The position numbers and the translations under genes were made by a program. 64,000 bases of DNA from an uncultured candidatus Porisulfidus sp. (GTDB taxonomy: Bacteria; Pseudomonadota; Gammaproteobacteria; Poriferisulfidales; Poriferisulfidaceae): NCBI GenBank assembly GCA_965116025.1, contig OZ220480.1:1344001-1408000 (forward strand). The letters are read 5' to 3'. Shown here in pieces: positions 39,944-50,471 of this stretch; the first letter of the stretch is position 1, and every line of letters starts with the position of its first letter. The notes under the pieces were generated by a model. The model saw nothing but the letters and a program-made list of their open reading frames with translations. It was not told where the DNA came from and did not search any database.

Positions 39944-40780
39944 TCAAGCCTGCCACAAGGTGGGCATTATAGGCGGATAGCCAGCCAGGTGATGCCGGAA
40001 CGCCGCCCAGAACCGGCCGTAGGCATCGCGCAATTGCAGGCTATCCGGCCCGAGCCAGCGAATCACGAGGACCTTGCCCACGCGGCTCGCGCCCGCCCGC
40101 AGAGGGCGTTCCACCGTCTCGTCGATCAGTTCCCGGGCTGGCCCGATATGCTGGCGCGCGTCGGCACCGACGTAAAGGACGCTCGCGCACGCGCGAGCGC
40201 CGTCGAATCCCGCCGTGGCGGCGCGAACGCGCTCGATTCCAGAATCCAGATGCAGCGCGTCCGACCATATCAGGCGATCCTCCCAATAAACGTCCCAGGC
40301 GTCGCGTAGCAGTCCCTGGCGCATGCGCTCGCCCATGGCGACGCGACCGAGCACAATCATTTCTCCGCACAGCAGTCGCGCTCCTGGCATAGCCCGAATT
40401 TCGGTCGAGCGGCGTAGCCGCGACGAATCGAACAGAATGGTCTCTTGGGGTAGCCACTCCAGCCAAGAATCCGACTCGGCCCGCAACTCGATTCCGATAC
40501 GAGAGTCCGCGCCAGTGGAGCGGTAAATCTTCTCCGCCGCCTGCGCCAGCACCCGTCCAGCCGCGCCGCTCCGGCTCGACACTCGGATATTGAGGCGGTC
40601 GCCGCCGACCACGCCGCCTGAGATCGTGACCAAGACGCCGGTCAGAGGCTCGCCCGCGATAGGGCGCGGGAACAGCATGCGCAGCGGGTCGCGCTGGTAT
40701 AGCTCGCCGATCGCCGTGCCGTCTCGTCCCCTCTCGAAGGTCAAGGTCGCCGCGCCGTCCGTGATCGGAGACGCGCTCAT
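39944..40780 (-). CDS. ureD: Urease accessory protein UreD
   Basis: [34 protein letters not shown]. Confidence 0.94.
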   Translation of the reverse strand: MSASPITDGAATLTFERGRDGTAIGELYQRDPLRMLFPRPIAGEPLTGVLVTISGGVVGGDRLNIRVSSRSGAAGRVLAQAAEKIYRSTGADSRIGIELRAESDSWLEWLPQETILFDSSRLRRSTEIRAMPGARLLCGEMIVLGRVAMGERMRQGLLRDAWDVYWEDRLIWSDALHLDSGIERVRAATAGFDGARACASVLYVGADARQHIGPARELIDETVERPLRAGASRVGKVLVIRWLGPDSLQLRDAYGRFWAAFRHHLAGYPPIMPTLWQA

Positions 40781-41472
40781 ATGGTCAGGTGCCGGCGGAT
40801 ATCGTCCTCGCGGAAGCCTTGGATCGGGCCTGACAGGACGACTCGGCCCCGGTCCATGACCGCGATGTCGTCGGCTAGGTCGCGGGCCATCTCGTAGTAC
40901 TGCTCGACCAGCAGCACGGCCATGTCGCCGCGCTTGCCCAGCAATCGGATGACGTTCTCGATATCCTTGATGATGGACGGCTGGATGCCCTCAGTGGGCT
41001 CGTCGAGCAGCAGCAGGCGGGGGCGGGTCACCAGCGCGCGGCCGATTGCCAGCTGCTGTTGCTGACCGCCGGACAGATCGCCGCCGCGCCGGCCGAGCAT
41101 CTTTTTCAGGGCTGGGAACAGATCGAACACTTCTGGAGGAACGCTGGCCTCGCCGCGCGGGAGACAGTTGAAGCCGGTCATCAGGTTTTCCTCGACCGTC
41201 AGGCGCGGGAAGATGTCCCGACCCTGCGGCACGTAGGCGATGCCGAGGCGGGCGCGGCGGTGCGCCGGGAAGTGGGTGATGTCCTCGCCATCCCACAGGA
41301 TCCGCCCGTCGCGCGCCGGGATCTGCCCGGCCAGCGCGCGCAGGAAGCTGGTCTTGCCAACCCCGTTTCGACCCAGCAGGCAGGTGATGTGGCCACGTCT
41401 CGCGGAGACGCGGGCGTCGCGCAAGATATGGCTCGCGCCATAGTACAGGTTCACTCCGGTGGCGGAAAGCAT
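40777..41472 (-). CDS. urtE: Urea ABC transporter ATP-binding subunit
   Basis: GRNGVGKT, YVPQGRDIF, LSGGQQQQLAI, DEPTEGIQP. Confidence 0.94.
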   Translation of the reverse strand: MLSATGVNLYYGASHILRDARVSARRGHITCLLGRNGVGKTSFLRALAGQIPARDGRILWDGEDITHFPAHRRARLGIAYVPQGRDIFPRLTVEENLMTGFNCLPRGEASVPPEVFDLFPALKKMLGRRGGDLSGGQQQQLAIGRALVTRPRLLLLDEPTEGIQPSIIKDIENVIRLLGKRGDMAVLLVEQYYEMARDLADDIAVMDRGRVVLSGPIQGFREDDIRRHLTI

Positions 41473-41473
41473 G

Positions 41474-42256
41474 TTATCGCCCCAGGTAGACCTCGATGAC
41501 GTGCGGGTCGGACTGGATCGCGTCCATCGGACCTTCGGCGATGACTTGGCCCTCGTCGAGCACCGTGACCCGGCAGTCCAAGCCGCGCACGAAATTCATG
41601 TCGTGCTCCACCACGACCAGCGCGCGCTCGCGCGCGATCTCGCGCAGGAGGTCGATGGTCTGCTCGGTCTCCGCGTCCGTCATGCCGGCCACCGGCTCGT
41701 CGAGCAACATTAATTCCGGCTCCTGCGCGAGCAGCATGCCGATCTCCAGCCACTGTTTCTGCCCGTGCGACAGCGCGCCCGCGACTCGGTCGCGCCGCGC
41801 GGCCAGTCGGGTGGTCTCGAGGATCCGCTCGACACGCTCGTCACGCTTCGGGACGATGTCGGAGAGCAGCGCGGACAGGACGCGGCGGTCGGCCTTCAGG
41901 GCGAGTGCCAGATTCTCAAGCACGGTCAGGCTCTCGAATACGGTCGGTTTCTGGAATTTCCGGCCGATCCCGAGGTTGGCGATCTCGGTCTCGCTGAGCT
42001 CGGTCAGGTCGACGCGGTCGGCGAACAGTACCTGGCCTCGGTCGGGGCGGGCGCGGCCCGTGACCACGTCCATCATGGTCGTTTTGCCGGCTCCGTTCGG
42101 GCCGATGATGGCCCGCATCTCGCCAGGATCGATGATCAGGCTCAGGGAGTTGAGCGCCTGGAAGCCGTCGAAGCTGACCGAGACCCCGTCCAGGTACAAC
42201 AGGGTTTCCGGGGCGATGGGGCAGGCCTCGGGGAGAGCGGCGTCAGGCGGAGGCAT
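41474..42256 (-). CDS. urtD: Urea ABC transporter ATP-binding subunit
   Basis: GPNGAGKT, GRKFQKP, LSHGQKQWLEIG, VYLGR. Confidence 0.94.
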   Translation of the reverse strand: MPPPDAALPEACPIAPETLLYLDGVSVSFDGFQALNSLSLIIDPGEMRAIIGPNGAGKTTMMDVVTGRARPDRGQVLFADRVDLTELSETEIANLGIGRKFQKPTVFESLTVLENLALALKADRRVLSALLSDIVPKRDERVERILETTRLAARRDRVAGALSHGQKQWLEIGMLLAQEPELMLLDEPVAGMTDAETEQTIDLLREIARERALVVVEHDMNFVRGLDCRVTVLDEGQVIAEGPMDAIQSDPHVIEVYLGR

Positions 42257-43385
42257 GAGAGTCCGAGCGCGCGACCTTCGCGATGGCGCGCCGCTCGCGC
42301 CATTGCCGAACCACGCCGACCAGCCCGCGCGGCATCAGCAGGGTGACCAGTATGAACAGGGCGCCTAGGAAGAACAGCCAGATTTCTGGCGCGATTCCGG
42401 TCAGCAGGCTTTTCGCGCCGTTGACCGCGACCGCGCCGGCGGCCGCTCCGAACAGGGTGCCCCGACCGCCGACCGCAACCCAGACCGCGACCTCAATGGA
42501 TTTGGCGGGCGCGAATTCCCCCGGGTTGATGATGCCGACCTGCGGCACGTACAGCGCGCCGGCGATGCCGGCCAGCACGGCCGACAGGGTGAACGCGAAC
42601 AGTTTGGCGTGGGTCACCTCATAGCCGAGAAAGCGCGCTCGGCTCTCGGCGTCGCGCGTCGCTATCAGCAATCGCCCGAGTTTCGAGACGACCACGTAGC
42701 GGCAGGCGAGGTACGCGAGCCCCAGCGCCACCGCCGAGGCGAGGTACAGCCCGACTTTGGTGGATTCCGCCGATAGGTCGAAGCCGAGAAGATCCTTGAA
42801 ATCGGTCAGCCCGTTGTTTCCTCCGAAGCCCATTTCGTTGCGGAAGAACGCCAGCATCATGGCGAACACCATGGCCTGGCTGATGATGGAGAAGTACACG
42901 CCGGTGATTCGGGAACGGAAGGCCAGCCAGCCGAACGCGAACGCGAGCGCCCCAGGCGCCAGCAAGGCCATGAGCGCGGCGAAGGCGAAATTGTCGAATC
43001 CGTACCAGTACCAAGGCAGTTCCTTCCAGTCCAGGAACACCATGAAGTCGGGCAGTTCCGGATGTCCGTACACGCCGCGCTCCCCGATCTCGCGCATCAG
43101 ATGCATGCCCATCGCGTAGCCGCCGAGCCCGAAGAACGCGCCATGACCAAGGCTCAGGATTCCGGCGTAGCCCCAGATCAGGTCCAACGCCAGCGCCAGC
43201 ATGGCGAAGCACAAGAACTTGCCAAGCGTGGTGACCCAGAAAGTCGGCACGTGCAACCAGGCGTCTTCTGGCACGACCAGATTCAGCGTCGGCACTACCA
43301 CGATCAGCGCCCCGGCGAGTCCCCAGAACGCCATCCATCCGCGGCGCGATTCCAAGGCGAGCAGGCGCGAGGTCAAGGGGCCCAT
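42243..43385 (-). CDS. urtC: Urea ABC transporter permease
   Basis: LPDFM.FL.W.ELPW.W, GGNNGLTDF, VAVGGRGTL. Confidence 0.94.
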   Translation of the reverse strand: MGPLTSRLLALESRRGWMAFWGLAGALIVVVPTLNLVVPEDAWLHVPTFWVTTLGKFLCFAMLALALDLIWGYAGILSLGHGAFFGLGGYAMGMHLMREIGERGVYGHPELPDFMVFLDWKELPWYWYGFDNFAFAALMALLAPGALAFAFGWLAFRSRITGVYFSIISQAMVFAMMLAFFRNEMGFGGNNGLTDFKDLLGFDLSAESTKVGLYLASAVALGLAYLACRYVVVSKLGRLLIATRDAESRARFLGYEVTHAKLFAFTLSAVLAGIAGALYVPQVGIINPGEFAPAKSIEVAVWVAVGGRGTLFGAAAGAVAVNGAKSLLTGIAPEIWLFFLGALFILVTLLMPRGLVGVVRQWRERRAIAKVARSDSHASA

Positions 43386-43386
43386 A

Positions 43387-45039
43387 TCAGTCTCCGGCGG
43401 CGCGGCCCTTCAGCGCGAACAGCCCGCGCGGGCGCAGCTGAATGAACAGGATGATGAAGATCAGCACCAGAATCTTGCCGAGGATGGCGCCAGAGACGGG
43501 CTCCAGAAACTTGTTGACGATGCCGAGGCTGAAAGCGCCGACGATGGCGCCCCACAGGCTGCCCACGCCGCCGAACACGACGACCATGAAGCTGTCGACG
43601 ATGAAGTTCTGGCCGAGATTCGGGCTGACGTTGGAGATCTGGCTCAACGCCATGCCGGCGACTCCGGCGATGCCGGAGCCGAGCGCGAAGGTCAGGGCGT
43701 CGACTCGGCCAGCGCGAATGCCCATGGAGGCGGCCATCGAGCGGTTCTGGGTGACGGCGCGCATGTTCAGGCCGAAGCGCGAGTAGCGGATGAGCGCGGC
43801 CAGTGCCGCGACCACCGCCAGGCAAAACAGAATGATGCATAGGCGGTTGATCGTGATCGTCACGCCGGCGATCTCGATCGCGCCGGAGATCCACTCGGGA
43901 TTGGCGACCTCTCGATTGTTGGCGCCGAACAGAGAGCGCGCCAGCTGCTGCAGGATCAGGCTGACTCCCCAAGTGGCGAGCAAGGTCTCCAGCGGCCGCC
44001 CGTACAGGAAGCGGATCACTCCGCGCTCGATCAGCGCGCCCATCGCGGCGGCCACCAGAAACGCCACGGGTAGGGCGGCGAGCAGGTAGAGCCCGAACAG
44101 CTCCGGCGGGACGACGCTGCGGAAGATCTCCTGCACTAGGAACGTGGAGTAGGCGCCCAGCATGATCATCTCGCCGTGCGCCATGTTGATGACCCCCATC
44201 ACGCCGAAGGTGATGGCCAGCCCGATCGCGGCCAGCAGCAGCACCGACCCGAGGCTGACGCCGAACAGCAGGTTCTCGGCGATGCCGATCAGCCAGAGCT
44301 CGCGGTCGATGACCTCGACCGCGTCATGCAGGATCTCGCGGATCGCGGGGTCCGGCTCGGCTCCCTCCCGTAGACGGCGCTCCAGCAACGGGCGGAGCTC
44401 CGGTTCGGACGCCTTGGCCAGCCGGGTCGCCGCCGCCCGGCGCAGAACCGGATCGTTCGCTTCCAGCTCCAGCGCGGCGACGCCGATCTCGAGTCTGTCT
44501 CGAACGGTCTCGTCGGTTTCCTGATCGCGGGCCTGTTGGAACAGTTCCAGAGCCTGGGGTCCAGGGTTCTTGATCAGGTCGTTCGCGGCTTTGAGACGCC
44601 TCGTTGGCTCATCGCTGAATAGGGACAATCGCCCGGCGACGCGCCGGATCAATCGGCGCAGCCGGTTGTTGGCCTTGATCTTCCTCAGTTCGCGCGCGCT
44701 CGCGTCAGGCTCGGCGCGCCCGCTCGCCGCGTCCCGCACCGCGTATCGATCTCCGACGCGCTCCACGAGAACGATTCGGCCGTCCGAGCGAGCGCGCAAC
44801 CGGCCTTTGGATAACGTCTCCAGAGCCTCCAAGGCGCGCGGTCCACCCAGCGTTCCGAGACGCTCGACGGCTTCGGCCTTTTGCTGGAATTCTTTGGTGT
44901 CGAGCGCCTGCAGGACGACGCGGAGCTCAGCCTCGGTCGGCTCAGCCGCGGCTGGCATGACGGAGAGCGCCATCGCGGAAAGCGCGATGGCGCCGAGGAG
45001 TTTCCGTCCAGACGGGATTTCCGCCCTCAGATGGACCAT
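43387..45039 (-). CDS. urtB: Urea ABC transporter permease with N-terminal periplasmic helical domain
   Basis: GVINMAHGE, YGRPLETLLATWG, SFMVVVFGGVG. Confidence 0.93.
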   Translation of the reverse strand: MVHLRAEIPSGRKLLGAIALSAMALSVMPAAAEPTEAELRVVLQALDTKEFQQKAEAVERLGTLGGPRALEALETLSKGRLRARSDGRIVLVERVGDRYAVRDAASGRAEPDASARELRKIKANNRLRRLIRRVAGRLSLFSDEPTRRLKAANDLIKNPGPQALELFQQARDQETDETVRDRLEIGVAALELEANDPVLRRAAATRLAKASEPELRPLLERRLREGAEPDPAIREILHDAVEVIDRELWLIGIAENLLFGVSLGSVLLLAAIGLAITFGVMGVINMAHGEMIMLGAYSTFLVQEIFRSVVPPELFGLYLLAALPVAFLVAAAMGALIERGVIRFLYGRPLETLLATWGVSLILQQLARSLFGANNREVANPEWISGAIEIAGVTITINRLCIILFCLAVVAALAALIRYSRFGLNMRAVTQNRSMAASMGIRAGRVDALTFALGSGIAGVAGMALSQISNVSPNLGQNFIVDSFMVVVFGGVGSLWGAIVGAFSLGIVNKFLEPVSGAILGKILVLIFIILFIQLRPRGLFALKGRAAGD

Positions 45040-45121
45040 GGCGTCGTTCGGTCCCGTTCTTCTTGGCGGAGTAGCCCGAAGCCGGACCCGCGGCTCGCGC
45101 CGCAGGTCCGGTCGGATAAAG

Positions 45122-46396
45122 TCAGAAGCGCGGCTTCTCGCAGTTTCCGCATACCCAGGGCCAGGTCCAGTCCGCGGTCAGCTTGGCGCTTTCCGGGATG
45201 TAGTCGGACCAGGCGTCGCCCGCGACGACCCCGTCCGTGGACCACACGACATCGAACTGCCCATCGTCCTGGATCTCGCCGATCAGCACGGGCTTGGACA
45301 GATGGTGGTTGGCGTTCATCACCGCCATGCCGCCGGTCAGATTGGGCGCGGTCTGTCCGTACATCGCCTGACGCACCGCGTCGATATCGGTCGTTCCGGC
45401 CTGCTCGACCGCCTGCACCCACATCTGGAAGCCGATGTAGTGGGCCTCCATCGGGTCGTTGAACACGCGGTTCTCGTCGCCGATGAACGCGTGCCACTTC
45501 TGGATGACATCGGAGTTGCGGTCGTCCTCGACGCTCATGAAGTAGTTCCACGCGGCCAGGTGCCCGACCAGCGGGCCGGTGTCGATGCCGGCGAGCTCCT
45601 CCTCGCCGACCGAGAAGGCCACCACCGGGATGTCCTCGGCCGCGACGCCCTGGTTCCCGAGCTCCTTGTAGAACGGCACGTTGGCGTCGCCATTGATGGT
45701 CGACACGACGGCCGTCTTCTTGCCCGCCGCCGCGAACTTCTTGATGTCCGACACGATCGTCTGCCAGTCGGAGTGCCCGAATGGCGTGTAGTTGATCATG
45801 ATGTCGCTCTCCGCGACGCCCCGGGCCTTGAGAAAGGACTCGAGAATCTTGTTGGTGGTGCGCGGGTAGACGTAGTCGGTACCGGCCAGGACCCATCGCT
45901 CGACGGATCCGCCTTCCTCGCTCATCAGATATTCCACGGCTGGAATCGCCTGCTGGTTCGGCGCGGCGCCGGTGTAGAAGATGTTGCGGGAGGACTCCTC
46001 GCCCTCATACTGGACCGGATAGAACAGCATGCCGTTGAGCTCCTCGAATACCGGAAGAACGGATTTTCGGGACACCGAGGTCCAGCAGCCGAACACGACG
46101 TCGACCTCGCGTCGCTCGATCAGTTCGCGCGCTTTCTCCGCGAACAGCGGCCAGTCCGACGCGGGGTCGACGACCACCGCCTCGAGCTCGCGGCCGAGCG
46201 CGCCGCCCTTGGCGTTCTGCTCGTGAATCAGAAACTCCATCACGTCCTTCAGCGCGGTTTCGCTGATGGCCATGGTTCCGGACAAGGAGTGCAGGACGCC
46301 GACCTTGATCGGCTCGTCGGCTCGGGCTCCCTCCAACGCCGCGAACGCGCCCGCGAGCAGGCACAGCGCGGCCATAAGATTGCGTACAGTTTTCAT
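45122..46396 (-). CDS. urtA: Urea ABC transporter substrate-binding protein
   Basis: LHSLSGTMAISE, FGCWTSVSRK, YPVQYEG, NHHL. Confidence 0.96.
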   Translation of the reverse strand: MKTVRNLMAALCLLAGAFAALEGARADEPIKVGVLHSLSGTMAISETALKDVMEFLIHEQNAKGGALGRELEAVVVDPASDWPLFAEKARELIERREVDVVFGCWTSVSRKSVLPVFEELNGMLFYPVQYEGEESSRNIFYTGAAPNQQAIPAVEYLMSEEGGSVERWVLAGTDYVYPRTTNKILESFLKARGVAESDIMINYTPFGHSDWQTIVSDIKKFAAAGKKTAVVSTINGDANVPFYKELGNQGVAAEDIPVVAFSVGEEELAGIDTGPLVGHLAAWNYFMSVEDDRNSDVIQKWHAFIGDENRVFNDPMEAHYIGFQMWVQAVEQAGTTDIDAVRQAMYGQTAPNLTGGMAVMNANHHLSKPVLIGEIQDDGQFDVVWSTDGVVAGDAWSDYIPESAKLTADWTWPWVCGNCEKPRF

Positions 46397-46531
46397 TTTT
46401 TCCCCTGTTGCGCTTGGTTAAAAGCGAGAGGACCGCCCCGAGTCCCGGGAGAATTCCCGGCCCGCGACCATGGATCAAAGATAATCCCCTCTTGGCCGAA
46501 TATTCTAGCACGCCTCCGCGCGACGCGGCGA

Positions 46532-46876
46532 TCAGCGCTCCGCGATCGGGGTCAGGACCTCGCGGAAGAACGGTGCCCAGGCCGCCACCAGCCACAGCGC
46601 GAAGAGCGTCTCGATCCCCAGCGCCCTGCGCCAGCGCGCCCGCGCTTCCGCCGTCGAGTCGGCGAGTCGGACCGATGACATGAGGATGTCGAACAGCAGG
46701 ACGAAGAGCGTCAGCGGCGCGGCCGCGGGCAGGATCAGGGTCCAGACCAAATCCCAGCCCGCCAGGCTCAGTGGCTCGCCTGGATCGGTCGCGAGCAGGG
46801 CGAGAGCGGCGGCCAGCGCCAGCAACGCCATGCGCAGGACGCCGAGCTCGGCGACGAGCGCGCGTGGCGGAATCAT
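46532..46876 (-). CDS. Small hypothetical membrane protein
   Basis: Three hydrophobic segments; ATGA overlap with the sat stop. Confidence 0.6.
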   Translation of the reverse strand: MIPPRALVAELGVLRMALLALAAALALLATDPGEPLSLAGWDLVWTLILPAAAPLTLFVLLFDILMSSVRLADSTAEARARWRRALGIETLFALWLVAAWAPFFREVLTPIAER

Positions 46877-48057
46877 GAGGACTGGTAGTGCTCCATCAGG
46901 ATGCGGGCGATTTCCGGTCGCGCGAACTCGGGGGGAAGGTCCTCTCCGTTAGACAGCATCTCCCGCACCCGGGTGCCGGACAACAGCACGAAATCCTCTT
47001 TCGCGTGGTCCGGCGCGTCGCGCATCATGACCACCTTGTCGAGCTTCTTGGAATAGGCGGTGTGGTCCGCGCGGAATATCTCGATGTCCAGCGCTTCCTT
47101 CGGAGCCTCCTCGTCGAAGATGGTCTGCGCGTCGAACGCTCCGTAGTAGTCGCCGACTCCGGCGTGGTCGCGCCCGACGATCAGGTGCGAGCAGCCCGCG
47201 TTCTGGCGAAAGATGGCGTGTAGCGCGGCCTCGCGCGGCCCGGCGTACAGCATGTCGAAGCCGTAGCCGGTGATCATCACCGTGTTGGGGGGAAAGTAGA
47301 GCTCGACCATCTTGCGGATTGCGGCGTCGCGAACGTGAGCGGGAATGTCGCCGGGCTTGAGACGCCCGAGCAGCATGTGGATCAGCACGCCGTCGGCGCC
47401 GACCGCCTCCCGGGCGATCTTGCACAGCTCCTCGTGCGCGCGATGCATCGGGTTGCGGGTCTGGAACGCCACCACGCGGTCCCAGCCGCGCTCCCGGATC
47501 TCGTCGCGAATCTGGACCGCGGTGCGGAAGGTGTCGGAGAACTCGTCCGGGAAGTAGCTATAGTCCAGGACCTCGATCGGTCCGGAAACCAGCGTTCGGC
47601 CATTGTCGAGAAAGGTCTTGACGCCGGGATGGTCGCGGTCCGCGGTTCGGAAGACCTGCCGGGCCAGATTCTCGAGATCGCGCTCGGACAAGGTCTCGAT
47701 GGCCTCGACCCGCTGGACGGCCAGCACGGGCTGTCCGTCACGGTTGCAATCGCGCAGGGCGACGCGCGACTCGCCCGCGATGGCGGAGGCGTCCTGGGTT
47801 TGGTTGAGGACCGGGACGGGCCAGAACAAGCCGGATTCGGCGCGCGTCTCGCGCCCGACGCGCAGGGCGTCCGCGGCGCCCATGTAGCCGTCCAGCGGCG
47901 TGAAGTATCCGCCAGCCAGCATCACGGCGTTGGAGACGGCGGCGGAGTTGAGCGTCAGGGAGGGCAGGGATTCGGCTTCCTCCCGCACCGCCGCGGCGCG
48001 TTCCGCGCCGTCGACGATGAGCGGGATCAGCCGGTCGCTGGCGTAGGGCTTGATCAT
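46873..48057 (-). CDS. sat: Sulfate adenylyltransferase (homo-oligomeric ATP sulfurylase)
   Basis: AFQTRNPMHRAHE, YAGPREA..HA, GRDHAGVG, LSGTRVREML, PPEFARPE. Confidence 0.96.
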   Translation of the reverse strand: MIKPYASDRLIPLIVDGAERAAAVREEAESLPSLTLNSAAVSNAVMLAGGYFTPLDGYMGAADALRVGRETRAESGLFWPVPVLNQTQDASAIAGESRVALRDCNRDGQPVLAVQRVEAIETLSERDLENLARQVFRTADRDHPGVKTFLDNGRTLVSGPIEVLDYSYFPDEFSDTFRTAVQIRDEIRERGWDRVVAFQTRNPMHRAHEELCKIAREAVGADGVLIHMLLGRLKPGDIPAHVRDAAIRKMVELYFPPNTVMITGYGFDMLYAGPREAALHAIFRQNAGCSHLIVGRDHAGVGDYYGAFDAQTIFDEEAPKEALDIEIFRADHTAYSKKLDKVVMMRDAPDHAKEDFVLLSGTRVREMLSNGEDLPPEFARPEIARILMEHYQSS

Positions 48058-48202
48058 GGCGTTCGTCCGTGAATGAGGAAGCCGTATTGTACTGAACGCG
48101 GGGCGTCGAGATTTGGATGCGCTCGCCTCGCGAGACGCGATCGCGTTGAGATTCTTGAGGAGCGCGTCTCCGTCGCGTCCAGAATCGCGACGCTCGGGAC
48201 GT

Positions 48203-49666
48203 CTACGGATCTGGAGAGCTCGATCCCGACCGGCCGTAGGCGTCCTCGAACCTGCTGATGTCGTCCTCGCCCAGATAGGAGCCCGATTGCACCTCGATCA
48301 GTTCCAGCGGCTCCTCCCCGGGGTTCTCTAGGCGATGACGCGCGCCGCGCGGAATGAACGTGGACTCGTTTTCCGAAAGCGTGAACGTCTCGTCTCCCCG
48401 AGTCACCCGCGCGACGCCGCGCACCACGACCCAGTGCTCCGCCCGGTGCCGATGCGCTTGCAGGGAAAGTCGCTGTCCCGGATTCACGATGATGTGCTTG
48501 ACCTTGAACCGGTCGCCCTCGTGCACCGAGTCGTAGTGTCCCCAAGGACGATAGACCTTGCGGTGGTGCAGGCATTCCTCGCGGTCCGCCCGTTTGAGCC
48601 GCTCGACCAGTCGCTTGGCGTCCTGCGCCGCGTCCTTGCCCGCGACGAGCAACGCGTCGGGCGTGTCGACGATGACGAGGTCCTCGACGCCGAGCGCGGT
48701 CACCAGTCGGGATTCGGAGCGCGCGTAGACGTCGCGGGCGTCGAGCAACGCCACGTCGCCTCGGGTCACGTTGCCGTTCTCGTCTCGCTCGTCGGGCCCG
48801 GATAGATCCGCCAGCGCGGTCCAGGAGCCCACGTCGGACCAGTCCGTCCCAAGCGGCGCCACGGCCACGTCCGCGGCATGCTCCATCACGGCGTAGTCCA
48901 CCGAGATGGAGGGGGAGCGGCCGAAGGATTCCGCGTCCAGCCGCGAAAACTCGAGGTCGGGCGCTTTCCGCTCATACGCTTCCCGGGCGGCTTCGAGAAC
49001 GCCTGGAGCGTGGCGCTCGAGCTCCGCCAGGTAGCGAGACGCCGCGAAGACGAACATGCCGCAGTTCCAGTAGCAGTCGCCCGCGTCAATGAGTCGCGCG
49101 GCCTCGTCGACGGCCGGTTTTTCCACGAAGCGCTCCACGATTCGGGCCTCTCCGCTCGCGTCCGTGGGAGATCCCGCTTGGATGTAGCCGTAGCCGGTCT
49201 CGGGGTGGTCGGGAGTGGCGCCGAAGGTCACGAGCCGGCCCCGCGTCGCTTCCCGAGCGGCCGCTTGAACCGCCCGCGCGAATTTTTCAGCATCCTGGAT
49301 GACGTGATCCGTGGGCATCACCAGCAGGAGGGGGTCGTCATCCCTGTCGTTTTGGGACAGGGCTTCCAGGGCCGCGCAGGCGATGGCGGGAGCCGTGTTG
49401 CGGGCGACCGGTTCCAGCAGGATGGCCGCGGGCGTGATCTCGACATCCCGGAGCTGCTCCGCCACCATGAAGCGATGCCGCTCGTTGCAGACCACGATAG
49501 GGCGCCGCGCGCCGTCGACCGCGTCGAGCCTCCGCGCCGTGTCCTGCAGCAGAGTGCGCTCGCCCGTCAGGGCGATGAGCTGCTTCGGGTAGGCTTCCCG
49601 GGACAGCGGCCAGAGCCGGCTGCCGGAGCCGCCTGACAGGATGACGGGATGCATGGGGTCGCTCAC
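48203..49666 (-). CDS. manC: Mannose-1-phosphate guanylyltransferase/mannose-6-phosphate isomerase
   Basis: GGSGSRLWPLSR..YPKQ, EPVARNTAPA, FVEKP, WSDVGSW, cupin RPWG...HRAEHW. Confidence 0.96.
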   Translation of the reverse strand: MSDPMHPVILSGGSGSRLWPLSREAYPKQLIALTGERTLLQDTARRLDAVDGARRPIVVCNERHRFMVAEQLRDVEITPAAILLEPVARNTAPAIACAALEALSQNDRDDDPLLLVMPTDHVIQDAEKFARAVQAAAREATRGRLVTFGATPDHPETGYGYIQAGSPTDASGEARIVERFVEKPAVDEAARLIDAGDCYWNCGMFVFAASRYLAELERHAPGVLEAAREAYERKAPDLEFSRLDAESFGRSPSISVDYAVMEHAADVAVAPLGTDWSDVGSWTALADLSGPDERDENGNVTRGDVALLDARDVYARSESRLVTALGVEDLVIVDTPDALLVAGKDAAQDAKRLVERLKRADREECLHHRKVYRPWGHYDSVHEGDRFKVKHIIVNPGQRLSLQAHRHRAEHWVVVRGVARVTRGDETFTLSENESTFIPRGARHRLENPGEEPLELIEVQSGSYLGEDDISRFEDAYGRSGSSSPDP

Positions 49667-49796
49667 GAAACTTCGGGTCGTCGAGACGGGTGACGGGCTA
49701 GTGGAGGTGACGCCATCCCCTTCACGTGGTGGCGCGTCGCCATTTCTTCCGGCGACTCATCCGTCCGCGAGATCCGGCGCTTTTCATCTTCCTTAT

Positions 49797-50471
49797 TCAT
49801 GGTTGGTATTCCTCCAGAATCTTTGGTAATTCTTCTATAGTCAAGGCGGAGCTTCTTGGTGGAGAGGGCCGCTCGAAAGATTTCAGACGATTAAGCCGTT
49901 TTCTGCGATTTTCCAGATAATATTGACCATCGACGATGACCACTAAAACGATTCCTTCGTCACAACAGAGCATGAATCGCCTCATCAATTCGACCATTTC
50001 CTTATACTGACTGTCCTGATTGCCACCACCTTCCTTTGTGTATTTGTGCATGGCATAAAAAGTTTTGGTCCCGGTCTTCCACCTGAAATCCAGTGACTTT
50101 CCAGGCAAGGTTTTTCCCTCATGCTCGGTTTCAAGATTCCCGTCGCTGGTGACCTTCATCGCTTTTGAGCCATGGGAAGGTAGTACCTCGAACTCTTTTA
50201 CATCGGGCAAGCCGCGAATCCACTCTCCGGCAACTTTTTGATGTAAGCCTGTGCGTCTTGGCTCTTTAGCGAAGTGCGCGGCGAACATTTTGTCTTCTTC
50301 GATTTTTCGCAAGACCACTTCTTCCTCGTAGCCAAACCGCATAGCGAAAGTCGCTACCCGAGCCAGCAATCGATCAGCCTTATCGCGGATCTCACCATGA
50401 ATATCCTCTTGCGACTGTTTCCACAGTTTTCGCTCAATCGCCTCGTAGTCTGGAGGTGGCCTATCCCACAT
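49797..50471 (-). CDS. Putative restriction endonuclease (PD-(D/E)xK-like)
   Basis: Overlaps the MTase 3' end; KSLDF...HKYT.EGGG.QD.Q and IVDG motifs; low GC. Confidence 0.55.
   Translation of the reverse strand: MWDRPPPDYEAIERKLWKQSQEDIHGEIRDKADRLLARVATFAMRFGYEEEVVLRKIEEDKMFAAHFAKEPRRTGLHQKVAGEWIRGLPDVKEFEVLPSHGSKAMKVTSDGNLETEHEGKTLPGKSLDFRWKTGTKTFYAMHKYTKEGGGNQDSQYKEMVELMRRFMLCCDEGIVLVVIVDGQYYLENRRKRLNRLKSFERPSPPRSSALTIEELPKILEEYQP

Noticed and set aside
44570-46678. 702-aa + strand ORF
   Set aside because: Antisense to urtA/urtB.
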